Part shown: positions 1 to 12,364 of the stretch, in pieces | Layout of the letters: each line of letters begins with the position of its first letter | How positions within the stretch are numbered: the stretch's first letter is position 1 | DNA from: Chiloscyllium plagiosum | Lineage: Eukaryota | Direction: 5' to 3' | Assembly (NCBI RefSeq): GCF_004010195.1 | Contig: NC_057723.1 | Coordinates: 15,832,355 to 15,896,354, forward strand | DNA: 64,000 bases | Notes under the pieces: generated by a model | What the model was told of the DNA's origin: nothing | Seen by the model: only the letters and a program-made list of their open reading frames with translations | The model's database searches: none | Position numbers and translations under genes: made by a program

Positions 1-1029
1 CAGTTATTTTACAAAATGCTGAGAACTTTAACTTTCGATACTGCTGGTATGGTGAGTATTCAAAAGTGGTCAAAAACAGCACCAGTCTTTATTAGGATTA
101 CAGCTATCCTATAAATTATAGGAAAATTTTGGCCCAAAACACTTGCTATTATTTATATAGCCTGTATTTAATCACTGCCAGTGAAATCACTAAAGTGCTT
201 ATGTAGTTATGTAATAAAAAATGAAAAATGATTCCTTTGACATCAAAACTAGATGGGGTTTTGGTGATGACTCATTAGCTCACAGGCTGACATTAGTGTT
301 TCAGCTTTATGAAACAGAGAGAGGAGAACATGATATGTTGCAGTAAAACATTTCTCGTTGAACCTGTGAATCTTTTTTAATGACCATAATGATGAAGACC
401 AGGGAGCTGGATAAAAGTACATTTGCCACTTTAGATTTACAGAAATCATGTTAACTGGTTTTAAATTTATTGCTGCCAAGATCAGCAGCAACATGAAAAA
501 TCTTGACATTTCCCACTTATAATGCTGTCGCAATTTTCACCACACCGCCTCTATCCAACCCCCATACTTTCTCAATGCAGGGAACCATCTTTATTCCTGT
601 CAATGTGTGTTTGTGAAAGTTTAGAATGTTAACAGCCTTTTCTTTGCGACCAATCCTTCTTGTAGCAGGATTAAAGTAAAACAAAATCACTCCTATTAAA
701 CAGGAATCACTGGAACTCACTTCAAGTTACTTGTTGGAGAAAATTGGACAAGTCTTTTTCTTTTTAATATCACAGTGTGTTTTTTTAGGAGAACCCAGAG
801 TGCCTGTTGAAGATTCAACTGTTTTTAAGTAAAGCAACAAATATTGCTACTGAAGCATTTGCTAGCATCTTCATCCAGAAGGGCTGAATGGAAGACCCAT
901 TTCTGCCTGTTCCTGCTATCCCAACCATCACAAGTGTTAGTTTTCAACCAATTTGTTTCAGTCCAAGTGACAAAGAAATGGCTGATTGCATAGGACACTT
1001 TAAAAACTATGGGATGACAACTTGCCAGC

Positions 1030-1400
1030 AACTGTAAAGAAAACTTGTACTCCAGAACTAACTGTGCTCTGGCAAAGCTGTATAGCTATATATCTATAAC
1101 ACTGGCATTGATCCAGCAATGTTGAAAATAGCCCAGTTATGTCCTGTTCACAAAAACAGGACCAATCCAACCTGACCAATTACTGCCTCTTCTGTCTCCT
1201 CTCAGTCATCAGCAAAATGATGGAATGTGTCATTAACAGTGCTGTCAAGTGACACTCACTCATCAATGCTGCAACATTTGGGTTCTGCCAATCAGCTCTT
1301 GATCTCTTAGGGCCTTGCCCCAAACATTGACAAAAGAGGTGATATAAAGAGGGGTAGTGAAGATGTACATCCCTGATATCAATGCATTCTTACACTAAAG
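1030..1400 (+). mobile_element. Degenerate CR1-clade LINE RT N-terminal fragment
   Basis: Manual translation resembles the CR1 ORF2 segment KIAQLCPVHKxQDxSNxxNY...LSVISKMMECVIN, with frameshifts; ends approximate. Confidence 0.65.
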
Positions 1401-3278
1401 TCAGTCATCTTAATCCTATTTACCTTAATCCTATAAATGTGCTCCAATCTTCATTACAGTCTCTGATAAATGATTAATAATAGTGCAAGATAATCAACGT
1501 TTGGGTCATTGCTGTGAAGGTAACTGCTGCCATATTTCCTTGCATTCTACCTCAAAAGCACTTCTTCTGCTGTAATGCTCTTTGGGACATCCAAAGACCA
1601 TGGAAAGTCCTAAAGATGGTGTTCTTTCTCTTTTTTGAAGAAGAGATATATTCAATGCAATAGATGCTACCAAATAAATGGATGAATGAGACCAAACCTA
1701 ATGGAGGTAACTGAAGGTAAAATCAGACTGGACTCAATGGAAGAGTTCATGGGCTGAATCTTACTTATCAATGCAGATCAGTAGACCTACACTTGTAATT
1801 GCTTTTAGTTTCCAGACACAATTTTACTGCTCTGAAGAGGTCCTGAGAAAGAATAGGGCACAATGGAAAGAAGAAAACATGAGAAGGTGAATCACTTGTG
1901 TTGCTCTTGTGACCTTGAGCAGCCAGTTCCAAAGTGACATTCACCTGGCCTCAGAATAGGATGTGTCTTCTCACATTGGCATGATGGGTTCTGAGATGGT
2001 TGATGTCCAATGTAAACCAAAGTGGAAATAATCCTCAGGAACTGCCTTAGAAGATTATTCTGTGATGTTTGACCACACTGCTCAAACCTTGAAAGTACAG
2101 TAGTTTCTTTTTTAACTCGGTTGCGACCATTTTTATTTTGTGTGATCAGCCACACATTATTTCGGTGATAATGCAGTTGAAAGCGGTTGTGGTATAATGG
2201 GCTAGTGATCTAATATCAGTGGTGTTACACTATTGCCTAAAATTAAAATGGCATCCTACATCCTGTTAACTTTATTTTCTGCAAATAATGAATCCCTGTA
2301 AAGCCACAAACATTGATACAGAATAGAAATAATGAGGTTCATGAAATCATGCCGACAGATGTGTGCTTGCAAGACAACAAGAGAAATCATGTTTTTAAGC
2401 ACTTTTTACATAGATGTGCTCTTCTATCAATATTAGAACAAATGGAAGATTATGACGGTTAATTGTAAACTTCACTACATAAATGTCAGTATAGATTAAC
2501 TGTCACAATTTAGATGCTATATTTTATTTCTGTGACTGACTGAATTGAAAATTCAATTTATAGACTAATTACATGAAGAATAATGGAGAAACTAGGTAAT
2601 GATTACAACTGAGGGGTTCGGCTTGTTTATCTGCAGATTGGGTACGCTTCAACTTGAATTACATTCTGCTGGCTCACTAACAAAATTTTATTGTTATGCA
2701 ACTGAGTTATGAATACCAAGACAGGAATCTGCAATGAGATTCCAATGGTTTATCCACTAAATAATAGTTACCAAGGAGCATGATACAAGGCAATAATTAA
2801 ATGTCTGCATTAGTCTGGAATTATAAAGCAGTAGAGCAAAGCCAGTGTAATTTATAATCATCATGTGAGCCTCGACATTAAGTGACACCATTGAATTTAG
2901 TTTCTGCTTTCTCTTATTTGCCAGGAACAGGTGCAGGAGTAGACTGTTCAGCCTTTCTTGCCTGCTCAATTCATTAGTGAGACTGAAGATGCATACTTTA
3001 AATACATGTAGCCTCTCACTCTTTTGGGTCTGAACAATGCAATTCTGCATTGACACCAACATGTTGAAATTGTATTGCGCAATGTAAACAATCGATATAT
3101 CACGACATTTCCATGATTTTTTTCTTACCTTTGGATATAATATTGTCAAAGCAGACAAGGGAATTGAAGATAAACATGTTGGGCATCCATTATTCATATT
3201 GCTCTGGTCCATTTAACTTTCAGGTATGTTGTTAGTAAAGGTTGATATTTCTCTGAGAGAAGCAACAATTCAATTATG

Positions 3279-3374
3279 ACACAAAAACAGAAGTTGCTGG
3301 AAAGGCTAAGCAGGTCTGGCAGTATCTGTGATAAGAAATCAGTGTTAATGTTTTGGGTCCAGTGACCCTTCCTT
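3279..3374 (-). mobile_element. Short PLE-derived insertion (family B) with 12-bp TSD
   Basis: TSD aattcaattatg (3267-3278) / aattcagttatg (3375-3386); body matches the arm at 5792-5887; decayed hammerhead stem GGGTC-ACTG-GACCC on the minus strand. Confidence 0.75.
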
Positions 3375-3588
3375 AATTCAGTTATGGTGTCTTTTGGGAG
3401 ATACTTTGTGGCTGATTACGCTCAATATTATTAAGCACTATACGTTCAAACATAGTTGAGTTGCAAGATTCTTGTACCATCCAAAATCTCATGGAGAAGG
3501 ACATTTGTAAATTGTAGTTGAGCAGGTATTGGTGCTCAAGGTGCTTAGAAGGGATTTTTGCAGTAATATAGTACTGTAGGGTAAATGG

Positions 3589-3730
3589 AAACAGTGAGGA
3601 CTGCAGAGGAGATAAGAGTCAAGAGTGTTGTGCTGGAGAATCCTGATGAAGGGCTTATGCCCGAAGTGTCAATTCTACTGCTCTGCGGATGCTGCCTGAC
3701 CTGCTGTGCTTTTCCAGCACTACACTCTTA
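3589..3730. mobile_element. Fold-back PLE mini-insertion (family A) with 16-bp TSD
   Basis: TSD actgtagggtaaatgg (3573-3588) / actgtaggataaatgg (3731-3746); inverted arms; CTGATGA-A-GGGC-TTAT-GCCC-GAAG from 3643. Confidence 0.85.
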
Positions 3731-3959
3731 ACTGTAGGATAAATGGGTTTGTTTGGAATTCAAAGAAGACAATGGAACAATGGCCCTCAATTTTCAATTT
3801 TTATGCAGTACACAAACATATTTCTATTCTATAGTAAAACTTAGAACTTTCATGGCATGGCCTGTGAATAGAAACAGTTTGAATCCTTGCCAGTGCTCTT
3901 GGTCTGTAAGGTGTCAGCTGTGGCTCAGTTAGGAACACTCTCAGATTTGAATCATGATA

Positions 3960-4270
3960 TGGAGGTGCTGGTGTTCAACTGGGGTGGACAAAAATCACAC
4001 AACAGCAGGTTATAGTCCTACAGGTTTATTTGGAAGTAACAAACTTTCAGAACACTGCTCGTTGATCAGGTAACTAGTGGGGCAGGATCATAAGACACAG
4101 AATGTAAAGAAAAAGATCACAGTGTCATGCAATTAAAACAATATATTGAACAAACCTAGATTGCTGTTAAGTCTTTCATCTTTTAGAGTGGGTTACAGGT
4201 TTTGGTTCATTAATATGTAAATCCCAGAACTTCTTTTCAGTCACATTCTTGAGATAACTTAAAGTTTTAT
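3960..4270 (-). mobile_element. PLE-like terminal fragment (family E), interrupting a tRNA-like SINE head at ~3912-3958
   Basis: Same sequence as 9998-10341, 38998-39184 and 52274-52409 (ggaggtgctggtgtt...ccaggttatagtccaacagg). Confidence 0.6.
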
Positions 4271-4453
4271 AAGAGCATTGCTATCATTTTAGGTGAGGCG
4301 GTTGAGGAGAAATCATCAGCAATGACGAAAAAATGTCTTTTATCAACAAATTGGATAGCAATGCTGATCATTGCAGAGTGCAATGCCATCAACTCAGCAT
4401 AAATCAAGATGCCTTTTGGTGAAAAAAGTTTGAAGAATATCATAGATTTACAA

Positions 4454-4770
4454 TAATAAGTAAAAGCAGAAAAGCAGAGAAACTCAGCAGGTTTGGAAGA
4501 TCTGGCAGATCTGTGGAGTGAAAAAACAGTGAACATTTCAAGTCTCTTATGACTTACCGAGTTTTAAGAAGATTTGTACCTCAGGTTGAGGATCTAGATG
4601 GAGGTTTGCTCAGCCAGCAAATCTCTCATGACTTCCTCAGAACCCTGAATTCAAGCTGTTAACTCTGTTTCTCTCTTAACAGATGCTGTGAGATCTGCAG
4701 AGTTTTTCCTGCACATTCTGTTTTTACTTCAGGTTTCCAGCAACTGCAGCATTTTACTTGTATTTGAGGT
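4454..4770. mobile_element. Old fold-back PLE-like insertion with 11-bp TSD
   Basis: TSD tagatttacaa (4443-4453 / 4771-4781); decayed inverted arms; 3' end resembles ...ccagcatctgcag. Confidence 0.6.
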
Positions 4771-5791
4771 TAGATTTACAACTTGCTATTTGTGTGTACC
4801 ATTGGTATTCAGATCAGCTACTCCACATAGATAACTGTGTGACTTTAATTTCCAATGAAATCAATGGGCAGTGGGTGGAAATGCTACCCAAAGTGAAGCT
4901 CCAGCCAGGGTTCTCAGTTGTTGTTTGGAATTGAACATTCCTGATTACTTCGAGCAAGCGAGGAATCTGATTAACACTTGCTCAGTTTGGTCATTTATTC
5001 TTCATATAATTTTAGTAACTTGGTTTGAGATACCAGTTTTAAAACATTATAAACCAACGTAATGTATCATTTACATGATGTATGTAACATGCTTGATATT
5101 CTTATTAGAATAGATGTTTTATCAGGCATTGGAAGCATTCAGGTAGTAAATCAGTGATAAACCTAACAATTTACCTTCATTGTGAGTTACAACCCCAGGC
5201 TATTTTCTATTATCTAGACTGTGTTGAATTAGTGTGAATTAAATTGTTGATTCCAATTTGGAGGCTAAAGGATTTAAAAGTTCATGCAGAAAAATGATAA
5301 TTGAGTTTTAATTGTTTTGCACTGATTATCCATTGAATGCATTGGAGCATATAATTTCCACTTTTAATGGTTTTTGTGACGTCACATGCATAAACTCATC
5401 AAAACACACTCATCATAATGCTAATCAGGAACTTGTTTTCAAGCTTCTTACCATAGGATAAAACATATACCTAATGGCAATTTAGCTTGGGTGACTGGAA
5501 AACTGTGCATGATGGAATATAAAAGTTGTGAAAGATAAACAACAGTTCAACAATGATGGTGTGAAAGCTCTGTAAATGAAATGAAGGTGTGTATTAACCC
5601 CTTCAAGAACAATCAGCAAATAGATAATATGTTGAAAAATAAAAGAGAAAACTGCAATTCTAGAAGATATTTCACAAGTTTATAATGTCGTGAGATATGT
5701 TGCCACAATTAAGTATATTTGAAGTCCAGTTAGTTATAATCAATTTTACACAATAGCCAGTTTGCTCTCAACAAGATATAATAAACAGCAA

Positions 5792-6032
5792 CAAAAACAG
5801 AAATTGCTGGAAAAGCTCAGCAGGTCTGGCAGTATCTGTGAAGAGAAATCAGAGTTAACGTTTCGGGTCCGGTGACCCTTCATCAGGACTGGCATCTCCA
5901 AGAAAGGTCACCAGACCTGAAATGTTAATTCTGCTTTCTCCTTACAGTTGTTGCCAGACCTGTTGAGCTTTTCCAGCAATTTCTGTTTTAGTTTCTGATT
6001 TATAGCATCCACAGTTCTTTCTGCTTTTATAA
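5792..6032. mobile_element. Fold-back PLE mini-element (family B) with perfect 12-bp TSD
   Basis: TSD aataaacagcaa (5780-5791 / 6033-6044); arms ~5792-5880 and ~5900-5990 are reverse complements. Confidence 0.85.
5855..5887 (-). ncRNA. Minimal type I hammerhead ribozyme motif
   Basis: Minus strand reads CUGAUGA-A-GGGUC-ACCG-GACCC-GAAAC-GUU-AA; intact core and perfect stem II. Confidence 0.7.
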
Positions 6033-6886
6033 AATAAACAGCAATCTGCGATTGATGTTGGGTGAATGACAAATATTTGGCAGGACAATTGTGATATATG
6101 ATATTGTATATCCACTTGAAAATGGGTGGCAAGCCTTTGTTTGAAGTTTTATTTTTTTTTTAAATGCATTTCTGTCATTGCAGCTCCTTCTTAGTACTTA
6201 ACTGAGTGCTAGCTCTGGAAGAGGCTCAAAGAGGAAATCAGTGCACTCATAAAGCATTCAACATTTTTGGGGATAATGCCAAGAAGTTTCTATATCATGT
6301 GAGAGCTGTAAAAATTAAGTAAGATCCCTGGTATTTGGCCAAGAGGGCTAAAAGGAAAACTTGAGGAAGATTATTGCCTCAACCCAATATTCTAGTCATA
6401 CTCCACATGAAGTTAGCAATCACGCCTTATTTGAAAGGGACCCAAGGATGATTGCATGAGAGATTAGAATACATAAGAATGTATTCTTACATCTTGTGCT
6501 TTGGATATAGAACTAACTACCCATAAAGTGATAGTGGTTAGCGTATCTTTAAATAACAATAGCCTCTGACGTTGATGTCAGAGCCATGATGAAATGACTG
6601 GGGTGATCACATAAAGAGATAATTTAAAATGGCATCTGTGAGAGGAAATTATTGCAACTGCAGGAATTGTGAGAAATGAGGAGAAGAGAATGGTATATTT
6701 CACCACGAAGGCTTATAGAAATGCTTCATATCATGCAGCGAGTAATGGCATCATTCATGATTACAAAAATTGGTCACTATGAATGTTCTTTCAGATCCAG
6801 TATTGTCTGTCATTCCTAAGAACTTACCCAATGCCTTTTATGAATCAGCTTACTGTCTGATATCTAATCATACATGGCCTGTAGAG

Positions 6887-6992
6887 GGCTCTTGTGGTGC
6901 TGTGGTAGTATACTTATCTCTGCTGGAAAACCCCTAGCTTGAAATCCCATCTGCTCCAGAGATGTGCAATAATATCTCTGAGCAAGTTGATG
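6887..6992 (+). mobile_element. Old short tRNA-derived SINE
   Basis: A-box-like ttgtggtgctgtggtag and B-box-like gcttgaaatccc; related copy at ~26672-26765. Confidence 0.5.
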
Positions 6993-7047
6993 TGGAAAAT
7001 ATCCATGTGATGTGCAGAGCCGCAACACTGAACCTATTTTTGGATAT

Positions 7048-7373
7048 GAGGTAAAAACTACCACAGCCACATTTGCTTCCAGCTCAGCACTGTCCCCATG
7101 ACTTGTCCGGACTTGTCCTACCTGCCTATCTCTTTTTCCACCTATCCACTCCACCCTCTCCTCCCTGACCTATCACCTTCATCCCCTCCCCCACTCACCT
7201 ATTGTACTCTATGCTACTTTCTCCCCACCCCCACCCTCCTCTAGCTTATCTCTCCACGCTTCAGGCTCTCTGCCTTTATTCCTGATGAAGGGCTTTTGCC
7301 CGAAACTTCGATTTCGCAGCTCCTTGGATGCTGCCTGAACTGCTGTGCTCTTCCAGCACCACTAATCCAGAAT
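7048..7373 (+). mobile_element. PLE 3' fragment (family A) with hammerhead motif and 14-bp TSD
   Basis: TSD ctatttttggatat (7034-7047 / 7374-7387); C-rich 3' UTR; CTGATGA-A-GGGC-TTTT-GCCC-GAAAC at 7282-7306; begins with a short inverted stub gaggtaaaaac. Confidence 0.85.
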
Positions 7374-8846
7374 CTATTTTTGGATATTGTAACCTGTAGT
7401 TTTTTTTTCAGAAAAGCCAAAAGTTAATCAATGAGTTGCAATATTTTGTAAACACATTTGTCTATTTTCAGTTCATGGGCTCACATAAGTGCATGTTTGT
7501 TGTTTTAGAAGTCATTTCATTTTATTTTCCATTAGTTTCCATAATTAACAGTTTTTGCTTAAATGACAGGTTAAAGAACTACCATATAAGTGGATGTACA
7601 CCATGAACAAATTGCAATTATTGGTAACAGAAATACATTTTACTGAAAGGCAATCACTTATGCTTTTGAAAGGTATGAGTTCACAATGGCTTGCTTCAAT
7701 GTATTTGGTGATAGAATCAAGGTAATCATGTGTGAGAGGTCCTGAAAATGCATTAATCTATCACCATCTCTGCTCAAATATCTCAGTGGCCTTTATGAAG
7801 AAAACACAGCTTACAAGTCATGAATGCATCAATCTCAAGGATAGATTGTGGTCTTGTGTCATCATCAAACCCAAACCATTTGTACAACAGGCAGAAGCTG
7901 TTATGAAATCCAAAATTGCACATTCTGAAATAGAGACCAGGCCTAAGGACATTTAAAGTATAGAGATAGAAATAATCCTTAATATTGAAAGCTGCCTTAT
8001 AACTATCATCTGATCTTCCTTCAGTTGTGAGGATTACCTGGAAGACATTTATAAGGTAGAGAGAATCAGGCCCAGAGAACAAAGGTACTTAAGCTAGCCC
8101 CACCATTTTTATTGCAGGTACAATGGCAGAAATTGAATTCATATAATGCCTCAACAAATTGAATTTATTGCATGTTTTAATGGAATCATGTACAAGACAT
8201 GGGTTGTAATGTAGCAATATTATAGGTACCTATAGAATTGAAAGAGCTACAACGTTTCTCCAAGTTGCAAGTAAGATGCTATTTGAAACAAATGTGTGTG
8301 GTGTGCAATGGAGTGCTGCTTTGTTGCGTTGGAGTGCAACTGAAGTTTGGTGAAATAGGGAGTCTCAAGGATAAATTCTAAGGAATAATTTAATTTACAG
8401 GCTCATTTCTATTCAATCAAAAGTCTAGACTGTTCTTTAATAAGAAATTAACTAGAAGGTGCTCTTTTGATTGGATGCAGTTTAATTGCAGCTCTAAAAT
8501 CGGAATTTACAGGTATTCAGTTGAAGCTACTTCCTTAGTCAATCGGTTTAATCCAGTTCCAGAAGCCTTTGAATTAGGCGTCCATAAAGGAGGGCGACTT
8601 CAGTGATACCTTGTTGCATTACAGTGTAACTGGAATTTGGTGAAATGTCCCTCCTTTTCTCTCATTGGTGAGGGTGTCTACTGTTTAATATCTAAGTAAG
8701 GTCTGAGGGAATTTGGGGCATCAGGGAAAGAGGAACCAGTAATGGAGGAGACTGGAGGGGGGGATTAAAAAAAACATAAGGAACAAGTGTCTCCATAGTT
8801 CATTGGTTGGTAACTGTCAATTTGAATACATATTCCATGTTGCTTA

Positions 8847-8969
8847 AAGGGCTTTTGCCCGAAACATTGATTTTCCTGCTCCTCGGATGCTGCCTGAACC
8901 GCTGTGCTTCTCCAGCACCACTCTAATCCAGAATCTGGTTTCCAGCATCTGCAGTCCTTGATTTTACCT
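8847..8969 (+). mobile_element. PLE 3' terminal fragment (family A)
   Basis: gggcttttgcccgaaac...ccagcatctgcagtcc, matching the other copies; no clear TSD. Confidence 0.75.
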
Positions 8970-9324
8970 TTCAGATTAAAAGTCATTTGGAGAAATATTT
9001 CATCAAAAACTAACAACCAATGGGAAAATTTAAAAATACTTATTGAATAATTTACCTGTGTGATGTGGGAGCTGGTTGATCCCATTGTGGTTCATAGTGA
9101 TCACATCTGTACTAAGTGTTGGTTGCTTGAGAAACTGGCTATGGGTTGATGAGTTGGATTCTGAGCTTTGAACACTGCAAAAAAACCATAGATTCTGTTG
9201 AATGGGAAAGATACAAAGTCTAGCAAAGGACCATAAGACAACTTTTAAAAAGTTACTAAAAGAATTTATGGCAGGAAACTTGACTGGGACATTAAAATTA
9301 ATGAGAATAAGTTTTATAATAACA

Positions 9325-9624
9325 TACTGCTGCCTCATAGCACCAGGGTTCCAGGTTCAATTCCAGCCTTGGACAACTGACTGTGTGGAGTTTGCACATT
9401 CTCCCCGCATCTGCGTGGGTTTCCTCCGGGTGCTCTGGTTTCCTCCCACAACCCAAAGGTATCCAGGTTAGGTGAATTGGCCATGTTAAATTGCCCATAG
9501 TGTTAGGTGCATTAGTCAGAGGGAGATGGGTCTGGGTGGGTTACTCTTCGGAGGGTCGATGTGGACTTGTTGGGCCGAAGGGCCTCTTTTCACACTGTAG
9601 GGAATCTAATCTAATCTAATCTAA
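9325..9624 (+). mobile_element. HE1-type V-SINE (5' truncated)
   Basis: V-domain gtgtggagtttgcacattctcccc...tttcctccgggtgctc, CR1-like tail gggccgaagggcct, (taatc)n end. Confidence 0.9.
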
Positions 9625-9985
9625 AGGGAAAGCTAATGGTCAGGACTAATGTTGGCTCACTAAACACTGAAAGTGGGGAGATTGTGTATGACTATGGAGA
9701 AATAGCAGACAGGTTGAATAATTACTTTGCCTCAGTATTGGCAGTAAAAAAAGGATTGCCTGCTGGAAGTCCCAAGGAAATGGATAGTAGATTGGGAACA
9801 AAGACTAAATAAAATCGATGTAAGTAAAACATTGGTAGTGAGGAAATTAATAGAATTAGAGTGAAATATCCCCAGGACCTGACAGTTTCCATCTGAATGT
9901 GTTAAAGGAAGCACATTGTAGCTGCCATAAGTTCCCTAAATATAAGAATCATCTCTTTGGATTGGAAACTTGCACATGTCACTAG
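9625..9985 (+). mobile_element. Degenerate CR1 ORF2 fragment
   Basis: Translates as NVGSLxTESGEI...LNNYFASV...xPGPDxFH...DWKLAHVT. Confidence 0.7.
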
Positions 9986-9997
9986 GTGTTTTTAATT

Positions 9998-10341
9998 TGG
10001 AGGTGCTGGTGTTGGACTGGGGTGTACAAAGTTAAAATTCACACAACACCAGGTTATAGTCCAATAGGTTTAATTGGAAGCACTAGTTTTTGGAGTGCTG
10101 CTCCTTCATCAGGTAGTTGTGGAGTCACGATTGTAAGACACAGAATTTATAGCAAAGGTTTACAATGTGATGTAACTGAAATTATACATTGAAAAATACT
10201 TTGATTGTTTGTTAAGTCTCTCATCTATTAGAATGACCATGTTAGTTTCATTTCTTTCATACGTGTATCACAAAACCTTTTTTAAAAGTTACATTCTCAA
10301 GTGAACTTTAACAATTAGTGCTCAAGTGAACTTTAACAATT
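9998..10341 (-). mobile_element. PLE-like terminal fragment (family E)
   Basis: Minus strand cctgatgaaggagcagcactccaaaaactag at ~10082-10113 is a decayed hammerhead; 21-bp tandem duplication at 10296-10341. Confidence 0.65.
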
Positions 10342-10344
10342 GTT

Positions 10345-10950
10345 AAATTAAGAATGTGGACATAAGTATTTTAAAGGTTGAGAGGGACAGAGAAGTATAA
10401 GGTCAAGGACCATAAACAGGGTAGACAAAATGCAGCTGTTCCCCTGAGTCAAATACAAGGGAACATAATTTTGGAGTGAAAGGTAGGAAGTTGAGACGGA
10501 ATTTGAGGAAAATATTTTTCTTCCAGAGGATGGTGGGGGTCTGGAATCACGGCCTGGGAGAGTTGCTAAAGAGGGTAACCTCACAACCATTCGAAAACAC
10601 TTGGATGAGCACTTGAAGTGTCATAATATTCAAAGTTATGGACCTTGCGTGGGAAAGTAGAACTACTGTAGGCAACAATGTATATTTGGCAAAAATGAGT
10701 ACTGCAGCTGCTGGAGATTAGAGTCAAGAGTGTGGTGCTGGAAAAGCACAGCAGGTCAGGCAGCATCCAAGGAGCAAGAAGGTCGACAAATAATTCCTGA
10801 TGAAGGGCTTTTGCCTGAAACATCAATTTTCCTGCTTCTCGGATGCTGCCTGACCTGCTGTGTTTTTCCAGCACCACACTCTTAACACCAATGTGTATTT
10901 GACAGCACAGACTTGATAGACTAAAGGCCCACTTCTGTACTGCGTGATTG
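10345..10950 (+). mobile_element. CR1 3' fragment interrupted by a PLE
   Basis: FFxQRxVGVWNxxP-type CR1 C-terminus and 3' UTR, continuing after 10901. Confidence 0.7.
10689..10888. mobile_element. Fold-back PLE mini-element (family A) with 13-bp TSD
   Basis: TSD caatgtatatttg (10676-10688) / caatgtgtatttg (10889-10901); CTGATGA core at 10797. Confidence 0.85.
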
Positions 10951-11172
10951 TTGAAGCGACAAATGTGACTTGTAGTCTTGGATTTTCTCAGGTAGGTTTG
11001 AGTCAGAAAAACAGGTACCGAGGTTAATACATCCTAGTGCATGGATCACATTTTCACAGCGATTAACAATGCCTTAGTTTTGGAAGTTATACTGGTAACC
11101 TACAAATGCTTGATTTTAACAGTATCTTTACATTGATTCTATGTTGGGATTCATGGGGTAGATGTTGATTTT

Positions 11173-11819
11173 AGGCAAAACTGAGGACTGCAGATGCTGG
11201 AAACCAGAGTTTAGATCAGAGTGGTACTGGAAAAGCATAGCAGGTCAGGCAGTATCCGAGAAGCAGGAAAATTGACGTTTTGGGCAAAAGCCCTTCATCA
11301 GGAATAGAGTCAAATCAACCTTACTGCCCCATGGCCCAACATTTCAACTCTGCCTCCCACTCTGCTGAGGACATGCAGGTCTTGGGCCTCCTCCACCCCC
11401 GCTCCCTCATCACCCGATACCTGGAGGAAGAACACCTCATCTTCCACTTCAGAACACTTCAACCTCAGGGCATCAATGTAGACGTCCCCAGTTTCCTCAT
11501 TTCCCCTCCCCCCACCTTGCCCCAGATCCAACCTTCCAGCTCAGCACTGTCCCCATGACCCGTCCTACCTGCCAACCTCCCTTCCCACCTATCCACTCCT
11601 CCCTCCCCTCTGACCTATCACCTCCATACCCACCCCCATTCTTTGCTACCTTCTCCCCAGCGCCCCCTCCCCCGCCCATTTATCATTTATCTCTCCACCC
11701 TGGAGGCTTCCTGCCTCTATTCCAGATGAAGGGCTTTTGCCCGATCCGTCGATTTTCCCCAGTTCCTCGGATGCTGCCTGACCTGCTGTGCTTTTCCAGC
11801 ATCACACTGATCTAAATTC
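11173..11819. mobile_element. PLE with inverted terminal arms, GIY-YIG C-terminal relic and perfect 14-bp TSD
   Basis: TSD tagatgttgatttt (11159-11172 / 11820-11833); + strand AQHFNSASHSAEDMQVLGL...RYLEEEHLIFHFRTLQPQGINVD is typical of the PLE endonuclease C-terminus. Confidence 0.9.
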
Positions 11820-12364
11820 TAGATGTTGATTTTGTCCAGCAGTGTAAAATATAATGATTATGAGTTGGCAGACCCAAATGGCATCTTTCCTAATTATTTC
11901 ATCTCCACATTGCTTCAATGTTTGGCAATTTAAAAATTCCTTTTTTGAAAAAAGATATCCTTGTGTGTTTTATATGCACGAGAAAAGGCAGACAAAAGCT
12001 CATTTTCATGCTACATTCAAAAGATCATGCAGTGCTCTTTTAGGACTGTATTAAACTGTCAAGCAAAATGATGTACTCATATCCTGAATTTGAATCATAG
12101 GGTGACAAATGAAATACAAGCAGGAGTAGGTCAGTTCATCCCTTGAGCCTAATCCAGCATTTAATAAGATTGTGGTTGATATATACTGGAGTCACAACTC
12201 CACATTTGCACCTATCCCAATACTCTTTGATTCTTTCACGAGGAAAGAATCTACCTAAATTGTATTTTAAAATATTCAATGAAATCACCTCCACTGTTCT
12301 TGAGAGAGAAGCATTGTAAAGGGTCACTCCTCTAAGGGGAAGAAAAACCTCATCTCCATTTGTC

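Noticed and set aside
2757-3212. 151-aa minus-strand ORF
   Set aside because: No recognisable homology; composition typical of chance ORFs in AT-rich DNA.
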